NCBI GenBank assembly: GCA_951406725.2
Contig: OX597821.1
Span: 64,480,001-64,544,000, forward strand
From: Octopus vulgaris
Lineage: Eukaryota
DNA: 64,000 nucleotides
Direction: 5' to 3'
Shown: positions 51,491 to 64,000 of the stretch, in pieces
Position numbering within the stretch: the stretch's first letter is position 1
Layout of the letters: every line of letters starts with the position of its first letter
Notes under the pieces: generated by a model
Databases searched by the model: none
Told to the model about the DNA's origin: nothing
What the model saw: only the letters and a program-made list of their open reading frames with translations
Program-made: the position numbers and the translations under genes

Positions 51491-52598
51491 GCCGAAGAAG
51501 GGCGAATGGCACCGCGAGTGTCGCGTTGCTCTCAAGCAACTCTGCCGTCCTGGATCGACCTTGAGTGACTTCAACACAACCAAAGCATTCTATAGGGGTT
51601 TAGTGGAGGGGAGGTACGACGACGAGCTCGGGGCGAACCTGGACGTCGACGAGGAGTACCTGACCCGCCTGTTCAGGACGACTTTCGGGCCAGGGCCCAT
51701 GGACAACTTCCAGAGATCCCTGGCCTGGCAGTGCTACCGAAAAGCGCTACCCGTTCGGGATAAGCTCTACAGACACGGCTCGAGAAACACGGGGCCGACC
51801 TGCCCGAGATGCGGTCAGAGCGACGAAACCGTTCTGCACGCACTCGTGCAGTGTCCAACAATTTCCGACCTGTGGGCTTGTGTCGAACAACTGCTGTCAC
51901 GTGTGGGACGAGTCGGTTTATCAGCTGAGTCTATCGTTAATATTGTCACGCCTCCCTCCTTCAAACGGGAAGGAAGAGCTATTTTCATCATCCTTGTGGC
52001 TGTGGCGAAGGAATGTATCTGGTGGACGCGTCTGAAAGGATTGGAGACAAACACTTTCCTCTCTGGTCAATCTCTCATCAACTTCTTCAAGTACCACTTG
52101 AAAAGGAAAGTGAGAGTAGAGAGGCAAGTTTTGTCTAGCGAATGTTTTAAAAAAAGATGGGTGAATGTAGCAAGAATGGCACGTATGAATGACGAAGCCA
52201 CTTTGAGCATGATCCTATGAACCCAGAAATTGAAAACAGAGAGTTGCTTATTTGCAAAAAAAAAAAAAAAAAGAAATATAACATGTGACTCCATTGACCG
52301 AGGTTACCGTGGTCTTTTCTGTAGGCTTTTCTTTCCACGGGTAAACCTCACCTGTCCTCCCTTTTACACTTCATATTGACATTTCTGTGATAATGATCCC
52401 TGTTGATCAATTTTTTTTTTTTCCTCTCCCCTTTTTTTTTAACCCCCCCTTTTTTTGTCCTCTTTCTCTCCTTTTACGATCCATTTTGATCGAAACTCCC
52501 CCTTTTTTTTTTTTTTTTTTTTTTAACCTTCAAAAGAAAAGCTCTACCTTGTAATTTGTTCTATCTGTGTGCAGCCCTGTGTGGCTAATAAAGAAACA

Positions 52599-52600
<2 letters not shown>
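51491..52600 (+). mobile_element. 5'-truncated Tx1/L1-clade LINE inserted in (TATC)n
   Basis: Uninterrupted ORF2 C-terminus, pyrimidine-rich 3' UTR, AATAAAGAAAC end; (TATC)n directly on both sides. Confidence 0.88.
51492..52220 (+). CDS. LINE ORF2 C-terminus with RT-associated zinc-binding domain (zf-RVT-like), partial
   Basis: LAWQCYRKALPVRDKL...CPRCGQSDETVLHALVQCP...LW...AKECIWWTR. The N-terminal SIYL repeats of the listed ORF are microsatellite. Confidence 0.88.
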   Translation, partial: PKKGEWHRECRVALKQLCRPGSTLSDFNTTKAFYRGLVEGRYDDELGANLDVDEEYLTRLFRTTFGPGPMDNFQRSLAWQCYRKALPVRDKLYRHGSRNTGPTCPRCGQSDETVLHALVQCPTISDLWACVEQLLSRVGRVGLSAESIVNIVTPPSFKREGRAIFIILVAVAKECIWWTRLKGLETNTFLSGQSLINFFKYHLKRKVRVERQVLSSECFKKRWVNVARMARMNDEATLSMIL

Positions 52601-52663
<63 letters not shown>

Positions 52664-52772
52664 GTCTACCTATCCACCTATCTATCTATCTATCTACATA
52701 TCTACCTATCTATATGTCTATCTATCTATCTATTTACTTATCTACCTATTTATCTATCATCTACATATCTAC

Positions 52773-52803
<31 letters not shown>

Positions 52804-52812
52804 CCTATCTAC

Positions 52813-52851
<39 letters not shown>

Positions 52852-52956
52852 CCTATCTACCTATCTATCTACCTATCCACCTATCTATCTACCTATCTAC
52901 CTATCTACCTACCTACCTATCTACCTACTTACCTACCTACCTACCTACCTACCTAC

Positions 52957-53006
<50 letters not shown>

Positions 53007-53030
53007 GTCTATCTATCTGTCGATCTATCT
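52600..53030. repeat. (TATC/TACC)n tract; its left part is 51378-51490
   Basis: Directly visible. Confidence 0.95.
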
Positions 53031-53539
53031 ACGAACCATTCTGTTACTTAATCACTTAAAAAATTTATGTGAAGATATATAAATTTTCATCGAGCAGTGT
53101 AGAAGAGATATAGCTATGTCAAGTAATAGCAAATTAGCCAAGTTTTTAATGCAGTTATTAGGAGAGAAATGTCTCGAAATGGAAGCAGAATATCATAATG
53201 CATTATTGGGAAAGAGAATTTCGTTGCAGTGTGTTATCAGGATATCTTCAGAGACCACAAATGATTGATAAAAAAGAAATTCATCTAATTGTTAAAAACA
53301 TTAAGAGACTATAAAGAATTAAAATACAGTTGCATAGAAAATACATAAAATGTCATTAATGGCACTTTGTTTAAAAATAACAGAAGCCATTTTAATATGC
53401 TTTTCTTTGTTCGTAGTTCGTTTGCGATATTGACTAAGGCACCGCCTAAACGAATGAGTAGCACGGGAGCATGGTAGGATAGGCCAGGATTCTAAAAAGG
53501 CAATATTTTGTGATTATGCGACTGATATCCCGACTATTG

Positions 53540-53590
<51 letters not shown>

Positions 53591-53594
<4 letters not shown>

Positions 53595-53900
53595 AAATGA
53601 GACAAGAACGCAAAACATCCAGAAGACGATACAAAAAACACGGACGGGTCATTCGAAGCCTTTAATCAAGAACCGGATCATCCTCGCAATTTCGGCTGAT
53701 TAATCTTGAGTTTGCTCCAATCTGGCCAGCCCCGAGAAAAACTAAGCTAACAGCATTAGATTCCTTGGAAAAAAAGCTTCGAAGATGTACGAAACAAGGA
53801 CGGAAAAACGGACGATGTTACATGAATATGATCACAAAAATAATAAGAAAAAACAATAATAATATTAAAAGGACATCACAACAGGCGTCTTTCGACTAGG
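53591..53900 (-). mobile_element. Probable PLE pseudo-LTR fragment in (TA)n
   Basis: Begins TACAAAATGAGA like the fragment at 6613; TA repeats on both sides. Confidence 0.45.
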
Positions 53901-54044
53901 ATATATATACCCGCTGTCTATTTTCGATTCAAGGTATTCGTGGATTGACATGTACTGGATTATATTTTTCGACTACTGCATCGGATGACCAGCCTGAGTC
54001 GCATTGTCCCCCATTTCCTTGTAACAGTGTCAAGCTTGTTCGAC

Positions 54045-54262
54045 ACTTTAGCATTCAGATAAATCTGTCAAATGTGATATTTATTCATTCATATTTTTTT
54101 CAATTAATCATGCATTATCTTGTAGCTTCGGGATTTCGATTATGTTTAACTTTTAGAATGACATTTAAGGGTAAATGTGGGAAGCAAGATTTGGTCATTT
54201 TCAGCATACAAAATGTAGATATTTGGGCCAAATGTGGACTGAGAGTCTGTTTAAATGCTGAA
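54045..54262. mobile_element. Degenerate MITE, followed by a 2 x ~59-bp duplication (54252-54369)
   Basis: Ends TTTAGCATT / AATGCTGAA are inverted; duplication visible. Confidence 0.4.
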
Positions 54263-55969
54263 TTGCACTTTTGCAATCATTGAGAAGGATGACCTGGTTG
54301 ATTTATGATTAAATGCTAAGTTGCACATTTTTCAATCATTGAGAAGGATGACCTCGTTGATTAATGATTCTCACGAGGTAAGAGTTCTAAATCTACGTAG
54401 CTTGACATGTCCTGTTCTCTCGTTGAAGCTTGACTGATGCTTACGTTTTTTACCCCACAGTCCGCCTGAAATCCAGCCTGCTCATGTCTTCCGTTTTTCA
54501 GCAAGGGAATCAGTTAGATAATTTCACGGAGAATTTAAGACTCATCAGCTTCAACATGGTTTAAATGTCCTACCAATATTTCAGCCAAGGCATAAGTGCA
54601 TAGAGATGTGCTGATCGTGCGGTGGCAATGCTTTTCCTGGGTATGTAACTGGAGTCAGTTGCAGACGAGTTGTACTAAAAAGAAATTGACTGGACCAGAT
54701 CTGTCCGTCATGTTTTTTCCCCGGAACTGGTTTCTCTCCAACAATCCGGTTTCTGAGTTTATATCTTGAAATTATTTCATAATCTGCGTATTTTCGATCA
54801 ATAAATCTTTAAAAATAACTTATACTATACTCATACATACAAACATACATAGTTGTGGATATGTATGGATATGTATATATGTAAGTAGGTACGAAATACG
54901 TATGTATGTATATATATATCTATCTATCTATCCACGGTAGCGGTTGAATATATTTTTAAGTCCACCAATTCATCAATCGCAGCAACTCCCAAGCTTCACC
55001 ACTAATTCAGTTCTCAACTAAATTGCAAAATGTTAACAGTTTTCAAGAGGACATCTCCTCAGCTACACTTTGGTATTAATAGTTTGAGATCTGGTTCAGT
55101 AGAAAAAAAAAGTCACATCAAAATATGTCAGTTCTAAAGGTAGGCAGTAAGGCACTTATTCATCTTTAATTAACAATTTCTATTTTATTCTAAAATAAAA
55201 GTATACTTTTCTTAGGCTGTAATGAAAGAAAAATGCATGGGGAATTCAGAAACGTTAGTCGCATTGAACAAAAATTAGTAGAAGAAAAAGTTATGAGGTG
55301 AAATGTTATGAAATTTATTGTCAGTAAGTGAGGAAGGAAGAAGTAACGTACCAATAATGTTACGATAAGAATATTTTCTAAAGTGAATTCTTACATTCTA
55401 ACGTATCGAGTTGACAGACGGTATTTCGTCTGTCTTCAACTCGTCTGAGTTCAAATTCCACCGTAGTCGACTTTCCCTTCCGTATATTTTATTTTTTTAA
55501 TAAAATTATTTTTAATAGCTGTAATTAACTTGCTTTCTTTTTTTTTCGCCTTTCCCATTTAGTTGTTTTCCTTTTCTTTTTAGTTATTTAATCAGGCTAA
55601 TTTATTAATGGGTTATATGTGCATCTAAATTTATTGGGGCAGGGATATAGTCATTTTTATCTGTGTCTCTATGGGCAGACCTGTAGACATGTTGTAAGGC
55701 TGTCCAGAAAAGGCATTGGTTAAAAGTGCTTGTATTCTAAATTTACTTCTTAAATTTCAAAATTAATTAAAAGGGAGTTTTCATAAATCAAATTTATATT
55801 AATGGGATGTAGGTAATTTTAACTTGTGTATATCTGATATGACTTTATAATTAATGTTGTATTGAATAATTATTGATAGATCTAGGTTAGCAGCAGTCAG
55901 TGCTATTATCACCAACTCAAAATCTAGGTTACTTAAGGTGAGCCTCTAACTGCAAATGAAAATCTTCCC

Positions 55970-56629
55970 AATTTGTTCATCTGGCTGATGGTAGGTTTCG
56001 TTGCCGAGGAACAAGTCTTTAATCCAAATTCCTTCAGACGATGAGGCACTACCACTATTTACTTCTATTTTTTTAGAATTCCCGTCGCAGTCTCGAAGGG
56101 ATCCTTCAATACATACCGTTTCATGGCTCGATCATCTCGGGTGGTGGTTTTGCGTGGTCTACCAGTTGCCTTTTTTGGTTCAAAACCTTTATTTTGTTCA
56201 TAGAGCTTAAGAACACGTGAAACTACACTCTTAGACCCCCTACGTCTCGTGAAATAGCCAGGAGAGTCATTCCTGAAACTTTCATTCTGAGCATTTCTTT
56301 TCGGAGGTCGGGAGTAACTTTAGCGTGGTGTGCCATGTTCGGAAGCTAGCACAATAATGAGACGGTAGTAACGTTGAGTCTGCAAATGTAAACAATGCTT
56401 GAAGTTTCTAGAAACTTCTGAAGAAATCTAATCGTTCTCTTATTTTGCACATGAGACATTTGGACGAAACTAGCGTTGGTGAGATTAACTTTTATTAAGA
56501 CCATTGTACAAACTTAGATTTTTCACAGAATTTAGCTAATGGTTATCCGTGTTTACGAAACTGTACGATTACTATCTTTTCCGACATTCAAAAAAATATT
56601 AATAGTTCTATTTTTGTTGTTCGCTACTG
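55970..56629 (-). mobile_element. Tc1-family transposon 5' portion with decayed transposase N-terminus (ATG at 56336)
   Basis: Terminus TA|CAGTAGCGAACAACAAAAATAGAAC; MAHHAKVTPDLRKEMLRMKVSGMTLLAISRDVG/SKSVVSRVLKLY.../TGRPRKTTTRDDRAMKRYVLKDPF.../HRLKEFGL...KP (frameshifts). Confidence 0.82.
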
Positions 56630-57149
56630 TACATACATATATATTGTATATATATTCACACACACGTATATGTTTACACATAGACATTAAGAATGTACTC
56701 ATATGCATATACATGCATAAAAACACTCATATAATCATGTTTGTGAGAGAGTTTATGGATGTGCTATGCTACATTAGTTCCATTAGTTCCTTTCACCTAG
56801 TAGCCTCAGTCCAGTGTTGGTATTTGTCGTTCTTCGTGACTTGTGTATCAGTGGTCCCTCTTTCCGTAACCATAACCTTATTGCTTTTTTTGTGATACTA
56901 TTTATCCGCAACGAATAGGTCCTGAAATGGAAACAAACCCTTCAAAATTGTTTTGCAGCTTTTCAACAAAAATGGATGAAAAGTACTGAATTTAATTATT
57001 CGTTTCAAGATTATAAATATAAAAACATATCTAGCTATTCTAAATTCTACTACATTGCTCTGAATACTAAAATACATCGTGCTAATTTGACAAAAATCTC
57101 TGAAATATAAGAAATGTTTTAATGCAGATAAATCTAGTGAGAAATGTTT

Positions 57150-58700
57150 CTCAGCTCATGGTGAAAAAGAAGTCAACCGAAGAAGAACGAATTTACGTTG
57201 GTAACATTCTGACGGTTGATAAAGAAATTTTCGGACAGTAAGATTGAGGAAGAATTACCAACAAATGAAGTCTTTGGCACGTCACTCAGAACGAAATAAA
57301 CTTTCAAGAAAAGGAGTTATATCAAAACTCCGTTAGAAAACAAAATTTTCTATCATGAATTGATGGAAGAACCGACAGATCAAAGTTCGGTTCTAGTGGT
57401 AGGACTCATTAGTTTAAATAAATATGATGTAGATGTGTGATGCATTCTTAGATACAGTAGCTGTCGTAAATGGAACAGTTATTTGTCTTCATAATACTGA
57501 CAAATTAAACTCGTGTGAAAGAAATATTCCTTTAGAAAATATAATTGAACGTGAAAGAACAAATTCAATATGGTCGACACTAAACTAGCTTCGACAAATT
57601 CTTGAGATATGAGGTGCCATCAGCTTTTATTATTGTATACGTCTGTGAGCTGCCCGCATGTATAGAGGTATTTGCGCTGCAGAAATAGACAACGAGTGTT
57701 CATATTCATTTAAGAAGACGGGAGAAATTTTCCCCAACACACTTAACCTTAGACCATGCAGCTCACTCAAGAAATTATAACAGAGATAGAATAATGTATT
57801 TCATTATTAAGTTGGCTAAGGTAATGGTGCCAGGAGAATTTATAAGTTATTAAGCCGTCATAGAATCAAGCACTTTTCCTTCAGTACGCATCACAGAACG
57901 TAAAATTAATGAATGTTCAGTTCTAATCTTTTAGGTTGCATCGTCTGTGTTTACCATCATCAGAACACACATACAGAGAGAGAGAGAGAGAGAGAGAGAA
58001 AAAAAAAGACAACTTTTGATTTTCTTTATTAACGATGAATTACTGAAGAACGATAAATTATCAGAAATTGATCGAAGCAATGGAAGTAATTACAAAAACA
58101 TTAATGATGTTTACCTTGAAGGAAAGGCAACAGTACGTTTAATTAGTGAACTTTTGAAGACAAAATCAATAATAGAAAATTTAAAACTGATTGTTTGAAA
58201 TTCCTAGTAGAATTTTATAATGAAATACAAAGGAAAAATTTTTTAAAAAAAGGTTTTTATTCTGTGAACTTCGAATCATTGGTAAATTAAAGATATTTGG
58301 CGCAAAGTAGCCAATGATGCTAGCATATCTCCCATGTCTGTCATTGCATTAGCTGTTGATTTCCCATTCATTGTGCCAGAATGCAATCTAAGTGATCTTG
58401 GTGATCGATGTTGAGGTTATCGTGTAAAATGCAGACAAGTTACCAATCTCTACAGGAAATATTCCTGCTGATATTAACAATGGACTTGAAAATTGAAAAC
58501 TATTTTATCCAATTTTAAATTAACGACCATGCTACTACCCTCGTCAGAATAAATTGAAAGAATATTCTCTCAAATAAAAACGAATAACAACGCTCCCGGT
58601 CAAAAAAACATGCTAATGCGAATTACTTGCAAACCAATCTATTATTAGAAAGGCTTAAGAATACCCCACGTAGGAATTCAGAAAATAATTAACTGAGAGT
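57150..58700 (+). pseudogene. Possible decayed hAT-like transposase
   Basis: FFINDELLKNDKLSEID...INDVYLEGKA...IENLKL/CLKFLVEFYNEIQRK resembles hAT C-terminal regions; boundaries uncertain. Confidence 0.4.
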
Positions 58701-58839
58701 TTTGAGCGTCGTATTCTTAACAAAGAGACTAAAAGAGAATTTATAAACATAAAGAAAACAACGATTTATTTTTCTATCTTTTACTTTTAGTTCTGTCGGT
58801 CATTGGACTGCGTCCATACTGGAGCATTTTAAACATTGA

Positions 58840-59030
58840 ATAGAGTTCTTTTACTCCAACACAGTTGCTTTTGTGTCTGCAGGCATCACCTCAATTAAAG
58901 CAATGATTGTGAAAAATCAAATGAGATGGTGTGGCTATATTGTTCGAAAGGCGGATGGACGCACATTCAGACAGCTGTTTAATAGTGAGTTGCAGAGGGA
59001 AAGGCTATCGGTGTAAACCTAAAAAATAAA
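58840..59030 (+). pseudogene. RTE-clade LINE fragment
   Basis: AGITSIKAMIVKNQMRWCGYIVRKADGRTFRQLFNSEL (compare LRWAGHVVRMDDxRxPKQLxYGEL). Confidence 0.75.
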
Positions 59031-59034
59031 ATGA

Positions 59035-59595
59035 GTTTTCTTGCAAATGGCAGGCTCCCAAGGAATATTATGTCCAATTCATTAAGGAGGAATCAGAGCA
59101 GATGCCAAAACTTATAGGCCTATCTCTCTCATTAGCAAAGTTATTGAACGGATAGAAACTAATTGCATTCCTTGAAGAAAACGATTTACTGAGTGATAAC
59201 CAGGTAGGAGCTGCCCGACCCAGCTCCTACAGTACTACGACTGGGTGTTGAAGCCTCTTAAATTTAGATATAATATAGCTTGACTTTGCAAAAGCTTTTG
59301 ATAAAGTGGTTCGTGTATGATATGCCATACTCTGCGTGATCCTGGCATAGCTGGAAAACTTGGAGAGTGGCTACAAGACTTTCTGAAAGATCGAAGTCAG
59401 GCAGTAGTGGTCAATGGAGCCACCTCATAGAAAATACAAATAGCGAGTGGTGTTCTATAAAGCACTGTCTAGAACCACTGCTTTTCATAGTGGCCCTCTC
59501 AGATATGCCCTCACCTGCCCGGATACCCACCTTTGCTAGCTACGCAGACGATGTGAATGTCTCGCAAAAGATACAGAATCCCAGTGATGTTGTAC
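59035..59595 (+). pseudogene. CR1/L2-group reverse transcriptase fragment
   Basis: Frameshifted motifs YRPISL, LDFAKAFDKV, W..DFLKDRSQ.VVVNG, LEPLLFIV, SYADD. Confidence 0.85.
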
Positions 59596-59761
59596 GGGGC
59601 AATAAAGAAATGAGAAGGTGAAAATGAGCGTAGCGACATGAAACGCCCTTATTTACCAAATGCCACGTATGAGAGAGGCTCTCAATAATAAGAGTGTAGC
59701 AAAACAGTGGTGCCCCAGCATGGCCAAAGTTTTGAACTGAAACTAATCGAATATATATATC

Positions 59762-59789
<28 letters not shown>

Positions 59790-59792
<3 letters not shown>

Positions 59793-60060
59793 TTTTATTT
59801 CGTAATGAGATAAAACACCAAGGCTGTGTAGATTTTAGAACATTTATAAATAGAAGATCTTACAGCTGTTTCTAGGGTATTTATTATATCCCTTCACTGG
59901 AGACGGTGTGAGAAGTTGGTTAAGCAATAGTTAATTTAGATATAAGATACGGAATAGAGAGTAAAGTGGAGGAATGAAAATAGATGTAAGATATGCAGGG
60001 ATATTGTATTTGTAGATCCATTATTTAAGCAGAATGATGTACATATAAGATTCCAATAAC
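59790..60060 (-). mobile_element. PLE pseudo-LTR fragment with degenerate hammerhead (59857-59904)
   Basis: Minus: GTCT CCAGTGA AGGGATAT..ATACCCTA GAAA CAGCTG TA AGAT; abuts (TA)n. Confidence 0.55.
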
Positions 60061-60151
60061 CACACCCACCCACACACACATATATATGTATATGTATATA
60101 TAATTGTGCACATACATATATATATATCTATATCTATATCTAAATATATAT

Positions 60152-60207
<56 letters not shown>

Positions 60208-60456
60208 GCAACGTGACTGTGTAGCGGGAAACTAGCTTCCTAGAACCAAAAGCAAAGCGAGTAATCCTCACAGACTATGAATCCACAATCACTTTCGACT
60301 TTAAAAGAATTGACAACTGAGAATAACGAGAGTATGAGATATTCAGAAACAAGCATAAGTAATGCATATTCCCATCACCGGACGAATATCACAGTTATTT
60401 TAACACCTGGGCAGTACCAATATATATATATATATATGCACTCATGCATTCAAATA

Positions 60457-60825
60457 TACTCTCTTTTACCCTTTTACTTGTTTCAGTCATTTGATAGCTG
60501 CCATGCTGGAGCACCGCCTTTAGTCGAGCAAATCGACCCCAGGACTTATTCTTTTTAAGCCTAGTACTTATTATATCGGCCTCTTTTGCCAAACAGCTAA
60601 GTTACGGGAACGTAAACACACCAGCATCGGTTGTCAAGCGATGCTGTGGGGGACAAATACACACACACATCTCTATATATATACATACGACGGCAGTTTC
60701 CGTCTACCAAATCCACTCAGTAGGCTTTGGCCGGCCCGAGGCTATAGTAGAAGACACTTGCCCAAGGTGCCACGCAGTGGGACTGAAACCGGAACTATGT
60801 GGTTGGTAAGCAAGCTACTTACTAC
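60457..60825 (-). mobile_element. SINE family A
   Basis: Reverse match to family A. Confidence 0.9.
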
Positions 60826-60828
60826 ACT

Positions 60829-61133
60829 AATGGTTAGGGCATTCGGCTCATGATCGTAAGGTTGTGAGTTCGATTCCCGGCGACGCGTTGTGTCCTTGAG
60901 CAAGACACTTTATTTCACGTTGCTCCAGTCCACTCAGCTGGCAAAAATAAGTTGTACTTGTATTTCAAAGGGTCAGCCTTGTCACTCTCTGTGTCACGCT
61001 GATTATCCCCGAGAACTACGTTAAGGGTACACGTGTCTGTGGAATGCTCAGCCATTTGCACGTTAATTTCACAAGCAAGCTGTTCCGTTGATCGTATCAG
61101 CTGGGACCCTCGTCGTCGTAACTGGCGGAGTCT
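60829..61133 (+). mobile_element. SINE family D (tRNA head plus CORE-like middle)
   Basis: TGGTTAGGGCATTCGGCTC...GAGTTCGATTCCC...GTGTCCTTGAGCAAGACACTTTA; possible TSD ACACTAATG. Confidence 0.85.
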
Positions 61134-61413
61134 TTAGACACTAATGATACGTAATAGTACTATAGTGCAATATGTGTGTAAAAAGGTTGAATTAGATTCG
61201 ATCTTTAATTTGGAGATTTCCAAAAAGATTCTTCCTATGTTGCCCGTAATTTACAGGCATAAATTTGCGAATATGAAAATAATACTTGTACATGATGTGG
61301 AGGAGAGAAGTTGATATCTTCTCGTCTCCATTTGAAACACAATTGTTGTGTTTTATGGGATTTCTTTCAATAAATTCACAACACTTCATATACCAGTATA
61401 TATATATACATAC

Positions 61414-61475
<62 letters not shown>

Positions 61476-61622
61476 GTGCGTGTGTTTGTATGTGTGTGTG
61501 TGTGTGTATGTTTGTATATTAATATATATGTAATATATATAGCCTCGTAAAACAATCTTCTGTGTTTTTCCATTTATTTATTTCCTTGTATACACAGACA
61601 CACACAGACATACACAGACACA

Positions 61623-61692
<70 letters not shown>

Positions 61693-62077
61693 AATCAAGA
61701 AAATCATGTGAGATATAAAATCTCTAAAAGAGATCAGCGCAGTAGTTGTACTGACGAGTAATATTCGTTGCCACTTTACCTTGGCTGTCCGTTCGAACGG
61801 ACTCTACTACGATTTTTGAAGCCAAGACGACATCCGATCTACATGGTTAATGCTGTAAAGCTGCATCCGATAAATTCCGAGCATGGATGATTCAGCAGAT
61901 TTTCAGAACTGTGGGTTTTATTCTCTCCCTTGTTCATGTTTAGCCCCCGACTACAATTTTCCTTTCTTACATGCATACATACACACTCACACACACAAAC
62001 ACACATATATATATTGTGTGCACACACGCACACAATCATTTATATACATACAAATATACACAAGATACTTAAATATA

Positions 62078-62270
62078 TTCTTTTACTTGTTTCAGTCATT
62101 TGACTGCGGCCATGCTGGAGCACCGTCTTTAGTCGAGCAAATAAACCCCAGGACTTATTCTTTGTAAGCCTAGTACTTATTATATCGGCCTTTTTTGCCG
62201 AACCGCTATGTTACGGGGACGTAAATACACTAGTATTGATGGTCAAGCAATGTTGGGGGTACAAACACAG

Positions 62271-62305
<35 letters not shown>

Positions 62306-62450
62306 CATACGACGGGCTTCTTTCAGTTTCCGTGTGCCAAATCCACTCACAAGGTTTTGGTCGGCCCGAGGCTATAGTAAAAGACACTTACCCAAGGTGC
62401 TTACCACACAGCCCCACCTGCACCTATGCCAAATAGCCAATCCTGCGCCT
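62078..62450 (-). mobile_element. SINE family A (head partly deleted)
   Basis: Reverse match to family A. Confidence 0.88.
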
Positions 62451-62708
62451 ATACACATAAACAGTAAAAAGTGCGCAAAAAATGAAGACTGAGATTAATT
62501 TAAATGGTTGGGGAAAAATAAGAGTATTCATACCGTCTTTAGATATACCGTTCTCTAATTCTCAATCTTTTTGAAGTATTTTTAAAATGTAACTCAATTA
62601 TTATTATAATGGCAGAATCAATTAAATATAATTGCGTTCCATTATATTCGTAATCTACACGAAAGTGTATGTATGTATGTATGTATGTATGTATGTATGT
62701 ATGTATGA

Positions 62709-62745
<37 letters not shown>

Positions 62746-62785
62746 TTTCTTTATGCCTACATACATAGACATATATATATGCATG

Positions 62786-62836
<51 letters not shown>

Positions 62837-63879
62837 AAATACAGATATATATATGTATGTGTATTATATATGTGTGTGCACGTGTGTATGAATTTGCGTT
62901 TGTCTATACAGACACACATACACGCACATATGTATATATATATATGTATGTGTGTGTGTGTGTGCGTATACATGCATACTTAAGATTATATATAATGATA
63001 ATTACTCTCAAGTGTTCTGAACTATATATTGCGTGTGTGTGCGTGTATATATATATGTAGTTAGATAGATAGATGAATATACACATTATACATAATCAAT
63101 GCAACATGTGGCATTTTCAATTAGTAATGGCAGAACAATTTACAGAGGGTTGCGACACACTCTGTCCATGCTTGAAAAATTCATTATTCTCATTCAACAT
63201 TTGCTGCAATGTAGAATATGAAAATTGCTGCTTTTCATATAGAATATGAAAATTGCTGCTTTGAGATTTGACATTCCAAGAATTGTTTAGACTCCACTGT
63301 GTAAATATTCTCCTGACGATCAGAACTAGAGAAAATTGTCCTTTTTATTTTACGGAGATGTACTTGCATAACAAGTGGCTTGATCGGAGATAATGTGCTG
63401 AAGCAAAAGCAATTGCGGCGTGGAACACTTGTGGTGCACGAAGTTTTGTCGCGGCTTCAAAGCGACGGAAATAATTTGACACAAATTAAATTTAAATGTC
63501 GAAGTGAAACTAACGGTTTTTGTGTGCGTTTATATGGCTTAGAAACATCTTCCACGCTGCAATTGTTTCTTTTTCTTCATGGAGATATATGTGAAACCGT
63601 ACAGCTTGTACCAAGACGTTCCCATTCTGATAAAGAGAATTGTTTCGCGTAATCGCCTTCGTGGAGATATATGAAATTAATCAACTTCTCCCCGGTACTA
63701 GATTACATGTCTCTTCATTCAGTCAATTACAACGAAAATGAAACCAAACTCTTGTTTATGATAACGATTTAAATACAGGCATGATTGAAACACCACCAGC
63801 AATGATGCAAAAAGGGCTGACATCCTAGAGACAGTATATGAGAATTTGTGAACACTGACAAATAATAAACGATAACATG

Positions 63880-63967
63880 GAAAATATTTACCAGAAAATA
63901 ATAACGAAACCTCTGAAACAAATTGAAAATATTTACCAGAAAATAATAACGAAACCTCTCAAACAAA
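63880..63967. repeat. Tandem duplication, 2 x 45 bp
   Basis: GAAAATATTTACCAGAAAATAATAACGAAACCTCTSAAACAAA twice. Confidence 0.9.
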
Positions 63968-64000
63968 AATGATTTTCGACTAAATAATTGATCTCACTAT

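Noticed and set aside
55500-55960. AT-rich stretch considered as a mitochondrial insertion or ORF remnant
   Set aside because: No mitochondrial gene or protein motif recognisable by eye.
63308-63345. CTGACGA...GAAA...GTC hammerhead-like string
   Set aside because: No stem I and only a 2-bp stem II.

Overview
AT-rich, microsatellite-saturated animal genomic DNA with one 100-N assembly gap (43947-44046). The repeat content is most consistent with an octopus/cephalopod genome; this is an inference from the tRNA-derived SINE families, not a database result. No intact host gene is recognisable, and almost all listed ORFs are translated microsatellites or SINE fragments. The window is a mosaic of at least four tRNA-headed SINE families (called A-D here), LINE remnants (Tx1/L1-like, RTE-like, CR1-like), Penelope-like element (PLE) fragments, a non-autonomous Helitron, MITEs and decayed Tc1/hAT transposases. 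Three signals stand out. (1) A young 5'-truncated Tx1-like LINE sits inside (TATC)n, and its 3' tail matches that of SINE family B (34/42 nt). Family B forms nested arrays by inserting at two fixed positions inside its own copies. (2) There are about eight hammerhead-ribozyme motifs, three with a complete catalytic core (5648-5740 minus, 39791-39845 plus, 50708-50760 plus). (3) A tRNA-headed element carries a hammerhead motif and occurs as a head-to-head palindrome (21988-22512).
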